DNA of 63,412 nt, filler included, from Globobulimina sp. (GCA_003354225.1; 44 parts of 44 records of this genome joined end to end with filler, not necessarily neighbours in it); one strand, 5' to 3'. Positions 10,109-23,004 are shown, counted from the whole stretch's first letter. The notes: generated from the letters alone by a model not told the origin. Program-made: numbers and translations.

Positions 10109-10208
10109 GCGGTTACACCAATGGAGAAACCTAACACCTGGCTACATTTGCGGTTACACCAATGGGGGCAGCCAAAAACCAACTGACTATTTGCGGTTAC
10201 ACCAATGG
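10109..10208 (+). repeat. Three copies of (TTT)GCGGTTACACCAATGG at 41-43 nt period
   Basis: Direct inspection; the array runs into the contig start. Confidence 0.85.
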
Positions 10209-10232
10209 TTGTCAATTAGCCACTGCCATTTT

Positions 10233-10849
10233 TTATCGCAAAATCGCAATACACATAATACATTTACCTACCTTATCAAAAGTAATCCCGCGGTGCGTTT
10301 TACCAATACGTGTCACAAAATGGCAAATTTCATGGAATGATGCTTTGGATACTCTCGATGGACTGCGATTGAAAGAGGACAAAAGATATCCAAATGCGTA
10401 TACACTTCGAGGCAATGTATCGAATAACAGTTTGAATTGTCGGTCAGATTTTAAATGTGGGACTAATGAATATACCAACGCCGTTTTCTTGATATTATCT
10501 TGGAGAGTGGTTGCATTTTTAATTGCTCTCTGATGCCTTGGACAGGGTTTTTTTTTGGTTTATATGGTTTGTCTTTTGGGGACAATCCAATTGAAACTAA
10601 CGCATTACTTAGATCGATATGGTTGGACATATTATTATTGCTATTCTTGTTGTTGTCACCCAAACGTTCAAATAATGAAACATTAATAGTTGAAGGAGAG
10701 AGAAGAGATGATGATGATGATGCTACTTTTGGTTTTTTTTTTAATTTAAGTTTAGTTTGCGAATTAGTAGGGGTGTTTGTATTGCGTTTTCTGTTATGTT
10801 TGGTTTTACCATACCACCATTCCTTTGGTTTTGATAGTAACACACCCAT
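10233..10849 (-). CDS. Hypothetical protein (MGxxxS N-terminus) with an apparent 2-nt frameshift near 10525
   Basis: Removing one GA from AGAGAG joins ..QGIRAIKNATTLQD.. to the 10233-10478 ORF. Confidence 0.45.
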
Positions 10850-11042
10850 TGTTCAAATTAAATGTGGATGACAATAGTACGGGACGGCAATTTGACACTG
10901 TTAATAAATGACTATACTACGACGACATGATATGGTATAGATTTGTTGGGTGAAGAGAGTGAAAACTGCGAAAAACTTTTCTGAAATGTGAGCAAATGAA
11001 AAACCCACTAGTAGTTTTTAAATAGCCTCCCTTTATATAACC

Positions 11043-11452
11043 ATGGAACAGTTAATTCGCTTTAGGAAACTCGCAGATTTATTATCCCAAAATGAGTTTG
11101 ATTTATTCATCAAAACATCAAATTTAGACATAAGGAGCCTGATTTTAAAAGAGTTGTTCTCTTTATTTCATGAAGAAATTCAAAATGATCGAAACAGCTC
11201 CGATTTAATGGAAACAATACACATTATCTCAAAAATAATTGAATCAAGAAATTCCAAACAATTAAAAGACATTGAATTAAAACAAGAGTCAGCAGAATTA
11301 TCATTAAATGATTTACCATCTGCTCTTATTGGTGAATGTGGCTCTTTTTTACCATTTATTGATTATAATTCATTGCAAAATGTATCAAGATCTGCATTTA
11401 TTGGATGTAATAATCCAAATACAGTGACAACAATTGACAGGGGAATATTTAG
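11043..11452 (+). CDS. F-box-like hypothetical protein, 3'-truncated
   Basis: LSLNDLPSALIGECGSFL..LQNVSR resembles an F-box pattern. Confidence 0.5.
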
Positions 11453-11989
11453 NNNNNNNNNNNNNNNNNNNNNNNNNNNNNNNNNNNNNNNNNNNNTTAA
11501 TTAATTAANNNNNNNNNNNNNNNNNNNNNNNNNNNNNNNNNNNNNNNNNNNNATCTGTGCAAATAATAGTTACTATATGTGCAGCCCAGTCTCGCTACAT
11601 GTCAACATTTAAAAATCATGAATTATTGACAAAAACGTTACAGGCCAGGGTAATAAATGCGTTGCTGAATGACAGCTAGAAAAACGTGGTCAAATCAGAA
11701 ACGTTTCTATTTCCTGGTTTTTTATTGTATAGACAGCATCTGGTTTCCGCTTTCACTTTACGATCAATTAAGGTATGCAAAGTTTAGATATCTATAAAGA
11801 AGCAGTATTTATACATCTTCGATTGTATGGTGATGTCATAACAATAATATGTATAAATAACATTGTTTGCAAAAATGCTGTTTACTTCTTTTTCAGACTT
11901 GGTATACAATAAAAAACCAGGATTGGTGTATTGGGTTTACGGACAGTGTCAAATCACAAAAGTCTATGAAAATTAGTATAAATATCATT

Positions 11990-12694
11990 TTATTTTCTCA
12001 TTTTTTCCTCCCATTCAGCGTAAGTAGTCTTTGCTTTTTCACTCCATCGTTTTTTCTCTTCCGCATCCAATCGACTCCATTCGTTTGCTGTCATCTGATG
12101 CACAACACGCCATTTATTGTATTAATCATTTTGCAAATCTCGGAAATAAAAGAAATATAATTTAACTGTTAATATTTCACGTTGCAATTTCATAGGGTTT
12201 GCTTCTTTTGTTTTAGGTAATGTTTTTTTCAAAAATAATTGATAACCGGATTTCGGCGGTTTCACCTTTGATAATTTTAATATTTTCTCCGACCATAATT
12301 CTGGTTTCTCACTATTTTTATAATTCTCCATTGTGGTTTTATATTTCTCCCATTCCGTTGCAGATTGTTGACTGTAACTTGCTTTTTGTTGCTCAGGTAA
12401 TGCTTTCCATGCATTTGCCATTTTACTCGAATATGAAGATATTGTTTCTTTGGAAAATTTTTCGAGTAATAAACTCTTTCTGTAATCTGCACCAAATCTA
12501 AGATATGATGTTAATGGACGTTTTGGTTTTGATGGGTCTGGATATCGTTTCAATAATTTTTGTATTTTTTCATCTTCTTTTTTTGCAGAAGAAGTTTTTG
12601 CAAATTGTCTCGTTGATAGAGTGTACCCATGAATTGAAGTGTTTGATAATGCTTTAAATACAAATGCATTAAGCCTTACTGTTGCCATTGTCAT
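11990..12694 (-). CDS. Mitochondrial two-HMG-box protein (TFAM/Abf2-like), one intron
   Basis: Presequence-like N-terminus; PKRPLTSYLRF..WKALPEQQKASY; KPPKSGYQLF..|MTANEWSRLDAEEKKRW. GT-AG intron 12166-12095; TAA at 11992-11990. Confidence 0.85.
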
Positions 12695-12995
12695 TTTAGA
12701 GAAATATCTTGTAAAGGAGTTTTTTACCTCACGTATAAAATAACGGATTTAATCATCGGATTTTGTGCATATGACTGATCAAGTTACTATAATTGCATTG
12801 TTAAAAGTCAGTTTATATCGTGCATGCAAGTATCAATCAACATAATGAATAATATTATCCAAATCATCCAAATCATCACTGTCATCCTCATACGCANNNN
12901 NNNNNNNNNNNNNNNNNNNNNNNNNNNNNNNNNNNNNNNNTTAATTAATTAANNNNNNNNNNNNNNNNNNNNNNNNNNNNNNNNNNNNNNNNNNN

Positions 12996-13274
12996 NTGGT
13001 CTTACCGGCCCCTGAAGTTTTGACAACAAATATTGACTTTGAACGCACGCACGTAGTTTATTATGAAAACAACTTTATCTTTGACGACAACAACCCCAAT
13101 TTACAAGGTGAGGCGCTTAATCAAGCCAAAACCGCCGTTAACGACGCTGCGCTTGAAGCAGATGTTCTTAAACGAGCTAACGAGTACGGTCAACTTTATT
13201 ATGAGAATTTCCTTTACTCGCTGGGCTTTACCGATGTAGAAGTTGTGGTTGATGCCCAAATATTTAACAAATAA
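12996..13274 (+). CDS. Bacterial-type DUF4230-like protein, C-terminal fragment
   Basis: LPAPEVLTTNID..VLKRANEYGQLYYENFLYSLGFTDVEV; higher GC than the rest of the contig. Confidence 0.6.
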   Translation, partial: XVLPAPEVLTTNIDFERTHVVYYENNFIFDDNNPNLQGEALNQAKTAVNDAALEADVLKRANEYGQLYYENFLYSLGFTDVEVVVDAQIFNK

Positions 13275-13280
13275 CGTAAC

Positions 13281-14323
13281 TACTTGAATATCAATACCAG
13301 TTAAATACGATGCATCGTCAGACAATAAAAATGCAACAGGACCAATAACTTCATCAACAGAGCCATAACGACGTAACGGAGAGCAATTAATCATTTCCAT
13401 TTTAACCACATTTGGATCCTTATCATAATAAATGGAGTTTGCTTTTGCCTGCAACTCAATTTGTCGGCCCCACATAAAACCTGGTCCAATAAATGCCGGA
13501 CTTACACCATTTACACGAATATTATATGCGGATAAATCTTTTGCTGCAATCCGAGTCATATGAAATACTGCAGACTTGCTGGTTCCATACGCGATCATAT
13601 TTGGTGGACCTAGGAAATATAGAAATGTATATGTGTAGTCTGCATAATATGTAATTTATACAATGTAAAGTAACCAGAATGCGCAGCCATCGACGCAGTT
13701 TGCACAATAGAGCCGCCCTGCGGTTTTTGCTTAATCATAGCATTTGCCACAGCTTTTAAAACAATAAATGTCCCATTAACATTAATATCAATCACTTTTC
13801 GAAAGTCTTTGACCGAATAATCATGTAATTTTACAAAATCCCCCTGATATCCTGCATTATTAAATAAATAATCGATACGGCCATACTCCGCAACAACATC
13901 ATCAACCGCCTTATTTACAGCTTGTTCATTTGTGATATTTACCGAATAATATCTAATTTTAACATCTTTATATTGCTTTGATAAATCACCAGCTACTTTA
14001 TTTCCCGCCGCATCATTTATATCAAATATGGCAACATTGGCACCCTCAGAGGCAAATCTCTTGGCACAGTTACTTCCAAATACACCACCACCGCCGGTTA
14101 CGATTATGGTCTGCAGTACAAATATAATATGTTTTTCTAATTTGTATAACATATTTTTGTATATTTATAGGCATACCTTCTTTCCAAATCGTCCCTTTGC
14201 GCGGGTTTCTGCGCTTTCAAGACAATATCCAGCATCTTTTGGCAAATCATACTTCGCATCTGACACTGCATCTTTTTTGGCGTCGTATAAGTCTACTTTT
14301 GCTTCTTTTTGACCAGTGGACAT
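13281..14323 (-). CDS. Short-chain dehydrogenase resembling acetic-acid-bacterial xylitol dehydrogenase; two introns; last residues missing
   Basis: TGGGGVFG, FNNAGYQGDF, ASMAAHSG|PPNMIAYGTSK (YxxxK), GPGFMWGRQIELQAK. Introns at 14176-14111 and 13674-13610. Confidence 0.88.
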
Positions 14324-14923
14324 ATCGTGGCTTTCTTGCTNNNNNNNNNNNNNNNNNNNNNNNNNNNNNNNNNNNNNNNNNNNNTTAATTAATTAANNNN
14401 NNNNNNNNNNNNNNNNNNNNNNNNNNNNNNNNNNNNNNNNGTTACATTCATATATATTGCAAATGACGTGGGATATTTATAATAATGATATGGATACAAA
14501 TTGTTCGGTGGAAGCGGAAGATGAATGGGATATTATTTCGTATTTTGATGCTTCAGATATATGGAAATCTTTTGGTGAAACTGTTTCATTGGAGATAGAA
14601 ATGCAAACAGCGACACAAACGAAGGAAACAAAAGAAAGAAAAGATGATGATATCGATAACTTACTTTCAAAGTGTAATGAACAGCAATTGGATCAATTGT
14701 TGGAGAATCTATTGGGTGGTTTACATGATGATAGTGATTCGGATTCGGATTCAGATTCGGATTAAATTGCTCTTGTCAGTCTTGTACAAACGTAAAATTC
14801 GCTTGTTTATAATATTATGTTTCCCATTTTTGTTGATTTTTGATGACAACTAATTCACCTCTCTGATGACCATTTTGTGAAGATAAAGAGGCTCAAATAT
14901 ACAAACTAAGTTTTTGCACAGCA

Positions 14924-15784
14924 ATGATGTTGACACTTTTATTGCCTTTTTCATTTATACTATCAATATGCGCAGACTTAGGAACGACAGTGTTCAAACC
15001 AGGCGAAGCTGGTTATCCATGCATTCGAGTTTAGGTCAATTCAATTTAATGAACACTGAAACATTTATATAATATTCATAATACTTTTATGTTAGATTCC
15101 AGCCATCGCATCAACCCCAACTGGTGCATTAATTGCTTTCGCTGAATGTCGTGGTTGGACGGGTGATGGTTGCGAGCCGCTATCTTATAACGGCAAATTT
15201 AAAGACAATTTGCATGATTCCACTCAACGTTGGGTCTGTCAGAAACGAAGCAGTGACAATGGTCAAACTTGGTCGTCAAATCTAACATTCCCAGTTGGTT
15301 TAAGCTATACATCAATGGAACCCACTGTGGTTTATGACTTTATTGAAATGAAATTAATATTGCAGCTAAATGCTTATATTGGAGAAGAAAAGCAAACCGT
15401 TTTACAAACTGTATCCACGGATAATGGGTTAACGTGGTCGCAGCCAATAGACATTGGGCATTTATATTTGCCAAACGATACAAACTTAATTGTTGGTCCC
15501 GGCGCTGGCTTGCAATTAAAAAATAACCCTCAAAGCAAATATTATGGGCGAATATTATTCATTGGATATCAAGGCTCTTATTCCGGTGCAAGGGTGTGGT
15601 ATTCCGATGATTTTGGTGAAACGTATAGTTTGTCAGCAACGATATTAACTGCAATGGACGAAAGTGGATTGGTTGAATTATCGAATGGTTCTATTGTCGC
15701 CAATATGAGAAATAATCATTTGTGGAATTGCGATTGTAGAGCTATAGCAATGTCAAATGATGGAGGTGCTACATTTACTGCACC
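14924..15784 (+). CDS. Secreted sialidase (GH33, BNR/Asp-box), one intron, 3'-truncated
   Basis: Signal peptide; CIR|IP motif across intron 15029-15095; LIAFAECR; Asp boxes SSDNGQTWS, STDNGLTWS, SDDFGETY, SNDGGATF. Confidence 0.9.
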
Positions 15785-15884
15785 NNNNNNNNNNNNNNNN
15801 NNNNNNNNNNNNNNNNNNNNNNNNNNNNTTAATTAATTAANNNNNNNNNNNNNNNNNNNNNNNNNNNNNNNNNNNNNNNNNNNN

Positions 15885-16752
15885 TTTGTGTTGATATTTG
15901 GTGAAATTTTGCCACAAGCTTTATTTACATCAGATCCATTAAAATCTGGCTATAAATTATATTATCTGGTATTGGGTATGAAGTGGATCTTATTTCCGAT
16001 CTGCAAACCCTTGGCATTTCTGTTGGATTTACTGTTTGGTGCGGAACACAGACAAAAAGGCATTGCGCGCAATTTATAAAACCGGATTTTCGCGCATTCC
16101 AATCTATGAACATCATCGGGATAATATTATTGGCATATTATTAGTGAAAACATTAATTTTATGTGATCCAGACCCAAATTTAACATTGAAACAGTTTTTA
16201 ACTATAAATTTCAAAAAAATTGCGCAAATCTCAGTAGTTTCACCGCAAACGCCATTATATGACACAATCAATGTGTTTCAAGAGAAAAAAAGTCATTTTG
16301 CGATGGTTTGTGAGGAGAGGGATAAAGTGGTGGTTTTAGAAAGTTGGAGAGATGGAAAGACCATTCCGGAATATATTGAGTGGTGCGGTATAATCACATT
16401 AGAAGATATTATGGAGGATATAATTCAGGAAGAGATAAATGATGAATTTGATATAGAATCGCCATTAAATGCAGTGATTGAAAGGAATGAGCATTTACAT
16501 TGGACTGAGGATCATTTATTTGCAGAGAGTATTAAATCGAGATTTAGTGCAAAAAATAAGCGAACATTAAGGGCAAAACAATTGAAAAGTATTAAAGGCT
16601 CAAATCAAGTTAAACTTGCTTCAATGGCATTGTCTGAAAATGTATTTGATTTTCATGAAGAGAATAAAGATAAGGTTGGTTCGCGTAGCCATCCATCATT
16701 ATTGTCAAAGCCATTGTTGTCTGATAATACATCAATAAATGTAAAACAGTAA
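15885..16752 (+). CDS. CNNM/DUF21-CBS metal transporter fragment with an internal deletion and frameshift near 16050
   Basis: LIFGEILPQA..PLAFLLDLLFG then jumps to GFSRIPIY..IIGILLVK..GIITLEDIMEDIIQEEINDEFD. Confidence 0.85.
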
Positions 16753-17669
16753 ACATACGTTAATTAATAAAAAACACTGTCTGGTCACTATACAGACACA
16801 TAATATATTTAATTATAGCGTTACTGTGCTAAAAATTCCACGTAGTCACCTCTGACTTTAATGCATTCCTTTCATTTAGTGATAATTATTGATTGTCAGA
16901 CTATTTTATCCCTAATCCAACGTTTATATCAAATCTTTTTTTTCTTCAAAACTTTAAGAAATCAATTAAAGATTTCACCCATACACAAGTAAGGAACACT
17001 ATTAAATAGTACACACAAACATGGATACAAGTCCTTTTATTTGGGGGTGAGACCAATGAACAAAGGTAAAATATATAAAATATTTGAAAGCAAGTGCTAT
17101 TTATAGCACATTAGCTTTCTTGATCTGGTATGATCGGGCATATATTCTGCATTGCTACTTGGTATAAGTAATTGAATCTTTTCGTTTCCTTAACGAATTG
17201 GAGAACAGTTTTCCAGATTTCTAGCTGGNNNNNNNNNNNNNNNNNNNNNNNNNNNNNNNNNNNNNNNNNNNNTTAATTAATTAANNNNNNNNNNNNNNNN
17301 NNNNNNNNNNNNNNNNNNNNNNNNNNNNATAACTTTTTTGTTATCCACAATGGCACAAAATGAGTTTCAGAACTGTTATTAGAATACATTAAGCTATATC
17401 ATATCCAAATTGTAGCTAGTTATTTTACTTTGAAATGAGTGTAGGGACTAGCTTACATATTCTTCTATTTTTACTATGCTACTAGTAGTATTCTTGGTTT
17501 CTGTGAAAACCTTTCAAGTGAAGTATAATTTAAAAAAAAAACAGTTGATATTTATGTGTAAAAAAACAAAAGAAAAAGGTGTAACATTATAATTTAATTG
17601 ATAATTAGTGTAATATTAATATATAATATAAACAAAGAAATTAGGAATGAAAGAATAATCTATCTTAAT

Positions 17670-18672
17670 CTAATGAGGAATGGGTAATTTTTTATCCAAC
17701 AAAGCGGAGGTTGCAGCCTGCAAAGTGGTTAAATAGAAACCAGCCTTCATTTGTTTTTCTTCATCGCTCATAAAGTCATTCATGAACGCTATCTCCGCAT
17801 TGACGCTCTGGATTTGAGACTGGACCAAAGCATAACAAAACAATGGGATCATGTCGTCACTCGCTATCAGTAACTGTTTGCATTTCTTATTCTTACTCTT
17901 ATTCTGACTCTTATTCTTGGTCTGACTCTTATTCTTATTCTTATTGTTTTTATTGTGTTGTATTTGTTGCACTTTCAATGATTGCGTCCAATATTCACTC
18001 GTTGCCGATTCATATGATATCAATGATACATTTGTATCTTCATCATCCTCGTCCTCGTCATCTCCAATAATTATACCATGAGTTCTTGCATTGGCTTTTC
18101 TCGTTTTATTCGAATTCATATTTAGAATATTTAGATTTTTATTTGTATCTTGAAAATCATCTTCGTCCGATATATAATCCAGTGATTCGATGCTCATTCC
18201 ATTCTCATTTACTTCTTCTTCTTCTTCTTCTTTTTCTTCCTCTTCTTCCTCTTCCTCTCCATCCCCATCCTCATCCTCTTCATTATTATTATTTTTGTTA
18301 AATTCATTTTGTCGATAGTTGTCTATGCATTTTATAACTAATTGTTGTAATTCGACCAAACATTGTAATTTTTTAGTAGGTGTATGGCAGTATGACATTT
18401 CCCATAATTTATCGATGCATGGCTGGAATGGTGATGATGGAAAAGCAAATATATCATTGTTTAGATGCTTTATATTTGGCGATTCTGATTCAATATATTT
18501 TGGCGATTCAATATTGATAATAGATTGTATATTATTTTTGGCCTTTTTTAATTTTGAAGAGTCTAATTTTAAAATAGAGTCAACATTGTTATTATTACTG
18601 TTGTTCTTATTGGGATTACCATTCATATCGATATTCATATTATTATTATTATTTTTATAGTTTACCCAATCT
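17670..18672 (-). CDS. VPS9-domain Rab5 GEF, C-terminal part
   Basis: TPTKKLQCL...ASDDMIPLFCYALVQS...AGFYLTTLQAA, with low-complexity inserts. Confidence 0.85.
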
Positions 18673-19027
18673 NNNNNNNNNNNNNNNNNNNNNNNNNNNN
18701 NNNNNNNNNNNNNNNNTTAATTAATTAANNNNNNNNNNNNNNNNNNNNNNNNNNNNNNNNNNNNNNNNNNNNAATCTGTAAAAAACTGTAAATTCAAAGA
18801 GTTTACAGTAAAAACAGTAATTTCAAACTGAAAAGCAAAAAGTTAAATGTTACCTTTAACATTTTATTATTAACCTATTTTCCTTCCAAAATTCACAAAA
18901 ATGAATTTTGAAAAGATTCACAAAAATGTTAATTTTATTTGTTTGACAACTCTCAGTTTAAACCATCCCTGAACTATATCAAATATTTCATCAAATATTT
19001 CATCAAATATTGTTAAACAACACCTAA

Positions 19028-20116
19028 ATGTTTACAATCGGCACTGCAGCTTACAAACTCTACAGTGCCTCCTCCCAAGTCGGTTCCACCTTATCCACCC
19101 TCTCAAATTACCATCGCTATGTCACCGAAGCCATATTCAATTCGCCATCAGAAGTAGAGAACCTCCATCCGTTAGTAAAGCAAAACCTCGACCGTCTAGC
19201 TCGTCGTATTCAAGTCTTGTCCTCCCCTTTGAATTACTGTCTGTTATGGTCGCAACACAGAGGCTCTGCCGTCGCAGAAACCATCCACCAATCTAAGGAA
19301 GTATTAAAGCAAACTTATCATTGGTTGCACGAATGCAATAAGGACAAAACCAAACTCTCCGACAAAGAATACATGCTCAAAAAGCTCGATGAACACATCC
19401 GCGAAATAGATTTCTGTCTTCAAGCCTTAAATTTGGCACTCTCCATCATACAGACCACCACCAATGACACCAACAACAACCAACATCCCACGCAACGCAA
19501 CAGATCCATATCACCGTCGTGCTTATTAACCGCCAGCAATCGCATTATGGCCATGCATAATTCTGGTGGTGATGTAGCTATTTGTTTTGGCCAATTATTC
19601 AAAAAATCACTCATTGACAACAACAACACAAACTGGGGCAGAATATATCGTCGCTGCGCATTGAAAATATACAGGAATGGCATTCGCAAATCGTATGAGC
19701 TGCGTATTGAATGTAATGAGTATGGCTATGATTCGGATGAAGAGGATATTCATTATAATCTGAATGAAGCTTATCCATTGACACTCAAATTCGAGTTAAC
19801 GTCGTCTATATATTTCACTACGTTGTCTTCATTAATTATAGATTTGCCGTGTTATGGTGGCGGGAACAAAACCTTTACGAAAACCAATCTCAATATGCAT
19901 AATTTGAATAGAAACGAGTTGATCGAAGATGCGTTTGGTTGGGTCAACATGTTAGCGAATCAAGTGCAGCAACAATATATTTTCGTACTCAAATCGGGTT
20001 TGGATGACTGGGATAAACCATTGTCGTCCGATGATAATAATATACCACAGCCACAAGTACACAAACAGAAACAAACAAGTATGTACGGTACTGTATGCAC
20101 ACATTTTCCGTGTAAT
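19028..20116 (+). CDS. RanGTP-binding (Yrb30-like) domain protein, 3'-truncated
   Basis: RIQVLSSPL..HRGS..EIDFCLQALNLALS..ISPSCLLTAS resembles the Yrb30 family. Confidence 0.5.
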
Positions 20117-20447
20117 NNNNNNNNNNNNNNNNNNNNNNNNNNNNNNNNNNNNNNNNNNNNTTAATTAATTAANNNNNNNNNNNNNNNNNNNNNNNNNNNN
20201 NNNNNNNNNNNNNNNNTAATATGTATGGTATATAATATGGATAGAATATGGATAGGAAATGGCCAACGGAATGCAGAATATCACAGCCTATGCCTTAATC
20301 AATGATTGGGTGAAATTTATAATGGAATTGGAGCAAATGATCACTCCTTAAAAGCTATCGGGAAAGCAGCACAGAAACGCTATAATTAAATATATTCTGT
20401 GTCTGTATAGTGATAATATACAAAATAAAAAAACGGAGATATTTGGT

Positions 20448-20780
20448 GTGTATATTAATATGGACTTTTTGTATGGATTGCAGTGTGAGGTTTGTAATCG
20501 CAAATTTGCAGAGAAATGCACCTTGCAAAGGCATGTCCGAATACACACCAATGAGAAGCCGTGGAAATGCAAGTTTTGTAGTAAAGCGTTTAACCAATCA
20601 TGTTCGTTGCAGGCACACGTTCGGATCCATACCGGTGAGCGGCCATTTCCGTGCAGTTTATGTGAGAAACGGTTCCGGCAATCTACGCATCGAAGGCAAC
20701 ACATGAAGAGAGTGCATAAGCAGCAATGGGAAAGTTCACAATTGCTCAAAGCCAAAAAAAAAGCAAAAAAATCTACGTAA
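20448..20780 (+). CDS. Three-finger C2H2 (Kruppel-type) transcription factor, last exon
   Basis: Three CxxC..HxxxH fingers with TNEKP and TGERP linkers. Confidence 0.9.
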   Translation: MYINMDFLYGLQCEVCNRKFAEKCTLQRHVRIHTNEKPWKCKFCSKAFNQSCSLQAHVRIHTGERPFPCSLCEKRFRQSTHRRQHMKRVHKQQWESSQLLKAKKKAKKST

Positions 20781-21660
20781 ATCAAACCAAAATTTAATAT
20801 ATTTCTAAAAGATGTGGTATTATTATTTATTAATTAATATTTTTTTAAAAAAATTAGATTATATATAATTAATATTTTTCAATTCGTCTTTTGAGGTTTT
20901 TAGGATTGAAAGTATAATATTTTTTGATTGTGTCCTATTTTAAGTTTGTGTTTTTTTAAGTTTGTGTTTTTTTAACTTTGTTTTGGATATGTTAGTTATA
21001 TATATATTAACTCATTTTAGTGTTAAATTAAAATTGTGTTTGTAATGTATAATTTTATGGTATTCTTTTATCAAAACAACGTCAGTAAAATGTTTTATTT
21101 ACGCACAGTTGTGCAGAGTTTTCAAATGTTGGTTGGTTATGAATTTATGATTTTATCATGACTTTTTTTTCTTGTCATGACGACTTTTGGTTTTTTATTC
21201 AAATAACCATTATATACACAGTTGCAACGTTCGTGCAAAATTCTAGTGCTCATCCCTTTTTTTATAATAGGTTTCCAGTTAAATTGAATATGTAAAGCTT
21301 TTCATAAAAAATTAATCCATTAAAACAATATGATATTCAGTTTCTTGAGATAAAATAAGATTGGGTTTCATGAATAATTTCGGCCATATCACCAATACTT
21401 CCTTTTGTTTTTCGTTGTTTAGTGTTTCAAAAAACGGACACGGGATTAACTGGAAAGGCCGATGGATTTGGCGGGTAAAAGTGATTGGGTTTCGTTGTAA
21501 ATGATGGCTCCTATGCATTCACATTGTTATAGAGCGTTTGAGCAAATGAGCTCATTGTGANNNNNNNNNNNNNNNNNNNNNNNNNNNNNNNNNNNNNNNN
21601 NNNNTTAATTAATTAANNNNNNNNNNNNNNNNNNNNNNNNNNNNNNNNNNNNNNNNNNNN

Positions 21661-22060
21661 TTGCCAACAATCTCTCATTTTCAAAAACCTTCTCCGAAGG
21701 CAAATCTCCATCGATAATCCAATGCGTTCACAATTGCTGCAAAAGCATCGCAATGATCTTTTGTTTTTGTTTAATATGTAATACTGTATTATTTACACAT
21801 CAATTGAATAAATATATACCTCCACAAAATCCACGCCTATATTTGGTATATTTTATTAACGAATCACAATGAAAGAATCTTTCAAAATATTCCAATGTGT
21901 GACATTCTGTGCATTTATATATATGAACGCGAGACACCTCACTACCAAATTGTTGTTTCATTTCATCCTCTTTTATCATATCCACATATTCCATTTTCGC
22001 AGATTTCTTACAAACATTGTTAGTACATTTTGGTTTATACCATTCGAAAAATTCGGGCGG
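21661..22060 (-). CDS. Peptide:N-glycanase/transglutaminase-like fragment, spliced
   Basis: FEWYKPKC..C..SRVHIYKCTEC..FERF..RRGFCG|DHCDAFAAIVNAL parallels PNGase RVEIYKC..RFPRY..RRGRCGEWAN. Confidence 0.65.
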
Positions 22061-22257
22061 TTAGTCCCTATGTTGAAGCGTTGTTGGAGGCAGTGGAGAG
22101 ACAGAGTTATTGCGGAGATTGGATAATGAGCAAATGCGGGAAATATTGGACTAGAAAAGAGTTTGATTGATTATAATTTATAATGTTAATACTTAGTATA
22201 TATATTAAAATTAGGTACAAGACCTATAATAACTGTCAATAAAACAATAAAAATCAT

Positions 22258-23004
22258 TCAGAGTTTTGATCTTTTCATCAACTTATCAATGCGCTCAAAA
22301 CTGGCTTTGACATCCCTTTCCATTTCACGATAAGTTGCCACATCCTCCACATCTGTCTCTGCCAATGCTTTATGATAATATATCTTTGCTATTTCATATT
22401 GCTGTCGTTTCTCGTATATTTCGGCGACATTATAAAGTATTATCTCATCAGATTCGTTCCATTCCAATGCTTCTTCATTCCATAATAAGGCGCCATCAAA
22501 ATCCCTCACTTGGCTCAAAAATATAGCATAATTATTGTAAACATCGGCCATCTCTTTCTTTGAAATATGAATTGCATTTTGCACATTGCACTGCCAGTGG
22601 CTATGAATCATTTCAAACATAGAATCCAACTCAATTTGCAAATATTTATCAAAATCTCCGTCGTATTTCCACTTTCCATTTACACGAAAATCATTAAAAC
22701 AAACATTTGCAGCCATTTTTGTATCATTATATATTTCATAGTCTTTTTTGCGAAATCTCTCAATTAAACATTGTAAATAACACTGAATAGTCGTTTCTGT
22801 AAAATGTATATATCGTTTTGGTTGACAATATTTATTAATGCGTTTGCGTACAATTTGTAGTATCACGTTTTTTGGTCTCTCGACATGTTCATTCAAACTA
22901 TCAATAATTTTATCGATGGAAACCACATCGACTGTAATAACACCTAATTGCTCTAAAATATTAATCGATTTTTTGTACCAAATTAATGATTTATCGTTCC
23001 ATCT
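22258..23004 (-). CDS. TPR-repeat protein, 5'-truncated
   Basis: VYNNYAIFL..ALEWN..ILYNVAEIY..AKIYYHKAL. Confidence 0.7.
   Translation of the reverse strand, partial: RWNDKSLIWYKKSINILEQLGVITVDVVSIDKIIDSLNEHVERPKNVILQIVRKRINKYCQPKRYIHFTETTIQCYLQCLIERFRKKDYEIYNDTKMAANVCFNDFRVNGKWKYDGDFDKYLQIELDSMFEMIHSHWQCNVQNAIHISKKEMADVYNNYAIFLSQVRDFDGALLWNEEALEWNESDEIILYNVAEIYEKRQQYEIAKIYYHKALAETDVEDVATYREMERDVKASFERIDKLMKRSKL

Noticed and set aside
10109-10208. CRISPR array
   Set aside because: Only three short repeats, spacers resemble each other, no cas genes, eukaryotic context.
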